This document shows, one piece after another, positions 57,525 through 57,929 of a stretch of 57,929 bases of DNA. Made by a program: the position numbers and the translations under genes. Origin of the DNA: a virus (taxonomy: Duplodnaviria; Heunggongvirae; Uroviricota; Caudoviricetes). The notes beneath the pieces are model-generated. The model did no database searches and was not told the DNA's origin. It saw only the letters and a list, made by a program, of their open reading frames with translations. The DNA lies in IMG/VR virus record IMGVR_UViG_2698536610_000002. The stretch is one strand, 5' to 3'. Every line of letters starts with the position of its first letter. Within the stretch, counting starts at the first letter, position 1.

Positions 57525-57929
57525 CTAGATTAATGGTTTATTATTTTCTACATCTTCAATATATAAAAGCGTATTATCAATGGCGTAGTAACTGCGTTTG
57601 TTATGATTAACATCAGTAACCCACCGGAAAACGCCCGCGCCTGCTAGTGTTGAACAGTATTCCCGAAATGTAGATTTTCCGCAAATATGAAGCAATGCGG
57701 CCTCTTTTATTTTAGCAGGGTTCTTGGTCGTACTAACTTTTAACAGGTTCCTGGTTCCTCTTAATAACAAAACCGTGTCATCGTGAGTAATAATTCTGAT
57801 GTTATCCGTAGCCAGATAATAAATGTAATGTGCAATACGGTGATGTTTTAATTCTGAATAAAACCAGGAGAAGTTTTGCTCTTTTCTCACTTGCTCAAAC
57901 ATCTTTTGAAAAACAACGACCTGATCCAT
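57525..57929 (-). CDS. Hypothetical protein, possibly extending beyond the window end
   Basis: 134-aa ORF whose first Met is at the last codon of the window; 5' end may be truncated by the window. Confidence 0.4.
   Translation of the reverse strand: MDQVVVFQKMFEQVRKEQNFSWFYSELKHHRIAHYIYYLATDNIRIITHDDTVLLLRGTRNLLKVSTTKNPAKIKEAALLHICGKSTFREYCSTLAGAGVFRWVTDVNHNKRSYYAIDNTLLYIEDVENNKPLI

Overview
The window is almost entirely one lambdoid prophage, read from integrase to tail fibres, with a second mobile element nested inside it. Left arm: tyrosine integrase/Xis, small early ORFs, exo-bet-gam identical in motif content to lambda Red. Immunity and replication: S24-type cI repressor, Cro-like and CII/YdaT-like regulators, O (with internal ori iterons) and P. 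Nin/lysis block resembling DLP12 (ybcN-ninE-ybcO-rusA-ylcG-Q, intact nmpC-like porin, holin/lysozyme/Rz/Rz1, bor). Then cos and lambda-like head and tail genes Nu1-A-W-B-C-D-E-FI-FII-Z-U-V-G/T-H-M-L-K-I-J-lom-stf-tfa. Three things stand out. (1) The portal gene B is split by a ~10.9 kb P4/PICI-like integrative island (about 21424-32323) flanked by a 13-nt direct repeat; it carries its own integrase, AlpA, Bro-N protein, primase-helicase, iterons, SSB-like gene, homologues of capsid proteins E and D, a second cos site and a divergent Nu1-like small terminase. (2) A low-GC two-gene cassette (9880-11512) sits between the replication and nin genes: an uncharacterised 343-aa protein translationally coupled to a NADAR (YbiA-like) protein, a candidate toxin/antitoxin, defence or counter-defence module. 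(3) A McrBC-like type IV restriction pair (52438-55538) lies between tfa and a displaced icd 3' fragment that marks the likely attachment site. All protein identifications are from reading the supplied ORF translations against remembered family sequences; no database search was run.
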